NCBI RefSeq assembly: GCF_036365525.1
Contig: NC_090408.1
Span: 12,811,599 to 12,875,598 of the forward strand
Direction: 5' to 3'
DNA from: Heterodontus francisci
Lineage: Eukaryota
DNA: 64,000 bases
In this document: piece by piece, positions 62,749 through 64,000 of the stretch
How the letters are laid out: each line of letters opens with the position of its first letter
Numbering within the stretch: position 1 is the stretch's first letter
Position numbers and translations under genes: made by a program
The notes under the pieces: generated by a model
Told to the model about the DNA's origin: nothing
What the model saw: only the letters and a program-made list of their open reading frames with translations
The model's database searches: none

Positions 62749-64000
62749 ATAAAAACAAGAAATGCTGCAAATACTCAGCAGGTCTGGAAGCATCTGTGGA
62801 GAGAGAAGCAGAGCTAATATTTCAGGTCAGTGATACTTCGTTAGAACTGGCAAATATTAGAAATGTAAAAGGTTTTCAGGAAGTAAAGCGGGGGTGGGGC
62901 AAGAGATAACAAAGGAGAAGATGTTGATAGGACAAGGTCACAGAGAATAACTGACCAGAAGATCATGGAGCAAAGGCAAATGGTATGTTAATAGTGTGGT
63001 GAAAGACAAAGCATTAGTACAGAGAGGGTGTTAATTGACTGTAAAATGAACAGCCCTGGTCCCAAGCACAAACATGAAAAAAACAGTGGGTAAGCACAGT
63101 GGAAACAAACTAAAATAAAATAAACAAAAAATAAAAAATAACTCAAAGTAAAAATAAAATGGGCGGCCCGTCATGCTCTGAAATTATTGAATTCAATGTT
63201 CAGTCCGGCAGGCTGTAGTGTGCCTAATCGGAAAATGAGATGCTGTTCCTCGAGCTCGCGTTGATGTTCACTGGAACACTACAGCAATCCCAGACAGAGA
63301 TGTGGGCATGAGAGCAGGGAGGTGTGTTGAAATGGCAAGCAACCAGAAGCTCGGGGGTCATGCTTTCGGACTGAGCGGAGGTGTTCCGCAAAGCGGTCAC
63401 CCAATCTGTGTTTGGTCTCCCCAATGTAGGGAACACTGCATTGTGAGCAGCGAGTACAGTATATTACTTTGAAAGAAGTTCAAGTAAATCACTGCTTCAC
63501 CTGAAAGGAATGTTTGGGGCCTTGGATAGTGAGGAGAGCGGAGGTAAATGGGCAGGTATTACAGCTCCTGCGATTGCAGGAGAAGGTGCCGTATGAAGGG
63601 TACGAGGTGGGTGGGGGCAATGGAGGAGTGGATGAGGGTGTCGCAGAGGGAACGATCCCTTTGGAATGCCAATAGGGGAAGGGAGGGGAAGATGCATTTG
63701 CTGGTGGCATCACGCTGGAGGTGGCGGGAATAGGGGAGGTTGATCCTTTGGATGTGGAGGCTGGTGGAGTGGAAAGTGAGGACAAGGGAACCCTGTTGTG
63801 GCTCTGGGAGGGAGGGGAAGGGGTGAGGATAGAGGTACGGGAAATGGGCCGGACACGGTTGAGGGCCCTGTCAACCGCAGTGGGGGGGAATCCTTGCTTG
63901 AGAAAAAAGGAAGACATATCAGAAGCACTGTCATGGAAGATTACATCATCAGAGCAGATGCTTCAGAGATGGAGAAACTGGGAGAATGGAATGGAGACTT
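62749..64000 (-). mobile_element. Penelope-like element, 3' part (RT C-terminus, Cys linker, GIY-YIG endonuclease); runs off the window
   Basis: MSSFFLKQGFPPTAVDRAL; CNRRSCNTC; downstream VIYCTRCSQC...YIGETKHRLGDRFAEH (GIY-YIG); stops and frameshifts. Confidence 0.85.

Noticed and set aside
1-64000. CRISPR arrays, prokaryotic operons or retron/RT defence systems
   Set aside because: No spaced direct-repeat arrays; all RTs are vertebrate CR1, L2, Tx1, LTR or Penelope types.

Overview
Eukaryotic (vertebrate) genomic DNA that is almost entirely transposable-element derived. HE1/V-SINE-like and Deu-domain SINEs plus abundant CR1 LINEs point to a cartilaginous fish (inference). No host gene, CRISPR, rRNA or tRNA gene can be supported; there is one weak candidate exon. 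Main elements: (1) many CR1 and L2 LINE fragments, often nested; (2) a decayed Harbinger DNA transposon (nuclease plus convergent Myb/SANT gene) split by a 7.25-kb LTR element (12877-20125, TSD CACT) whose pol has a retrovirus-type tether plus RNase H layout but no full env; (3) two young copies of one Tx1-clade LINE, one 5'-truncated (43110-46357) and one full-length (48336-53653); (4) a solo LTR, an old Tx1 remnant, an integrase remnant and a Penelope-like GIY-YIG element with degenerate hammerhead-like motifs. The strongest signal is that the full-length Tx1 copy starts with exactly nt 1-53 of U2 snRNA. That head lies inside the target-site duplication, and the copy sits in a SINE rather than in a U2 gene, which suggests a Keno-like LINE transcribed from a U2 promoter and dispersing off-target as a U2-headed chimera. 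Boundaries without a stated TSD are approximate. Family names come from motif recognition by eye, not from database searches.
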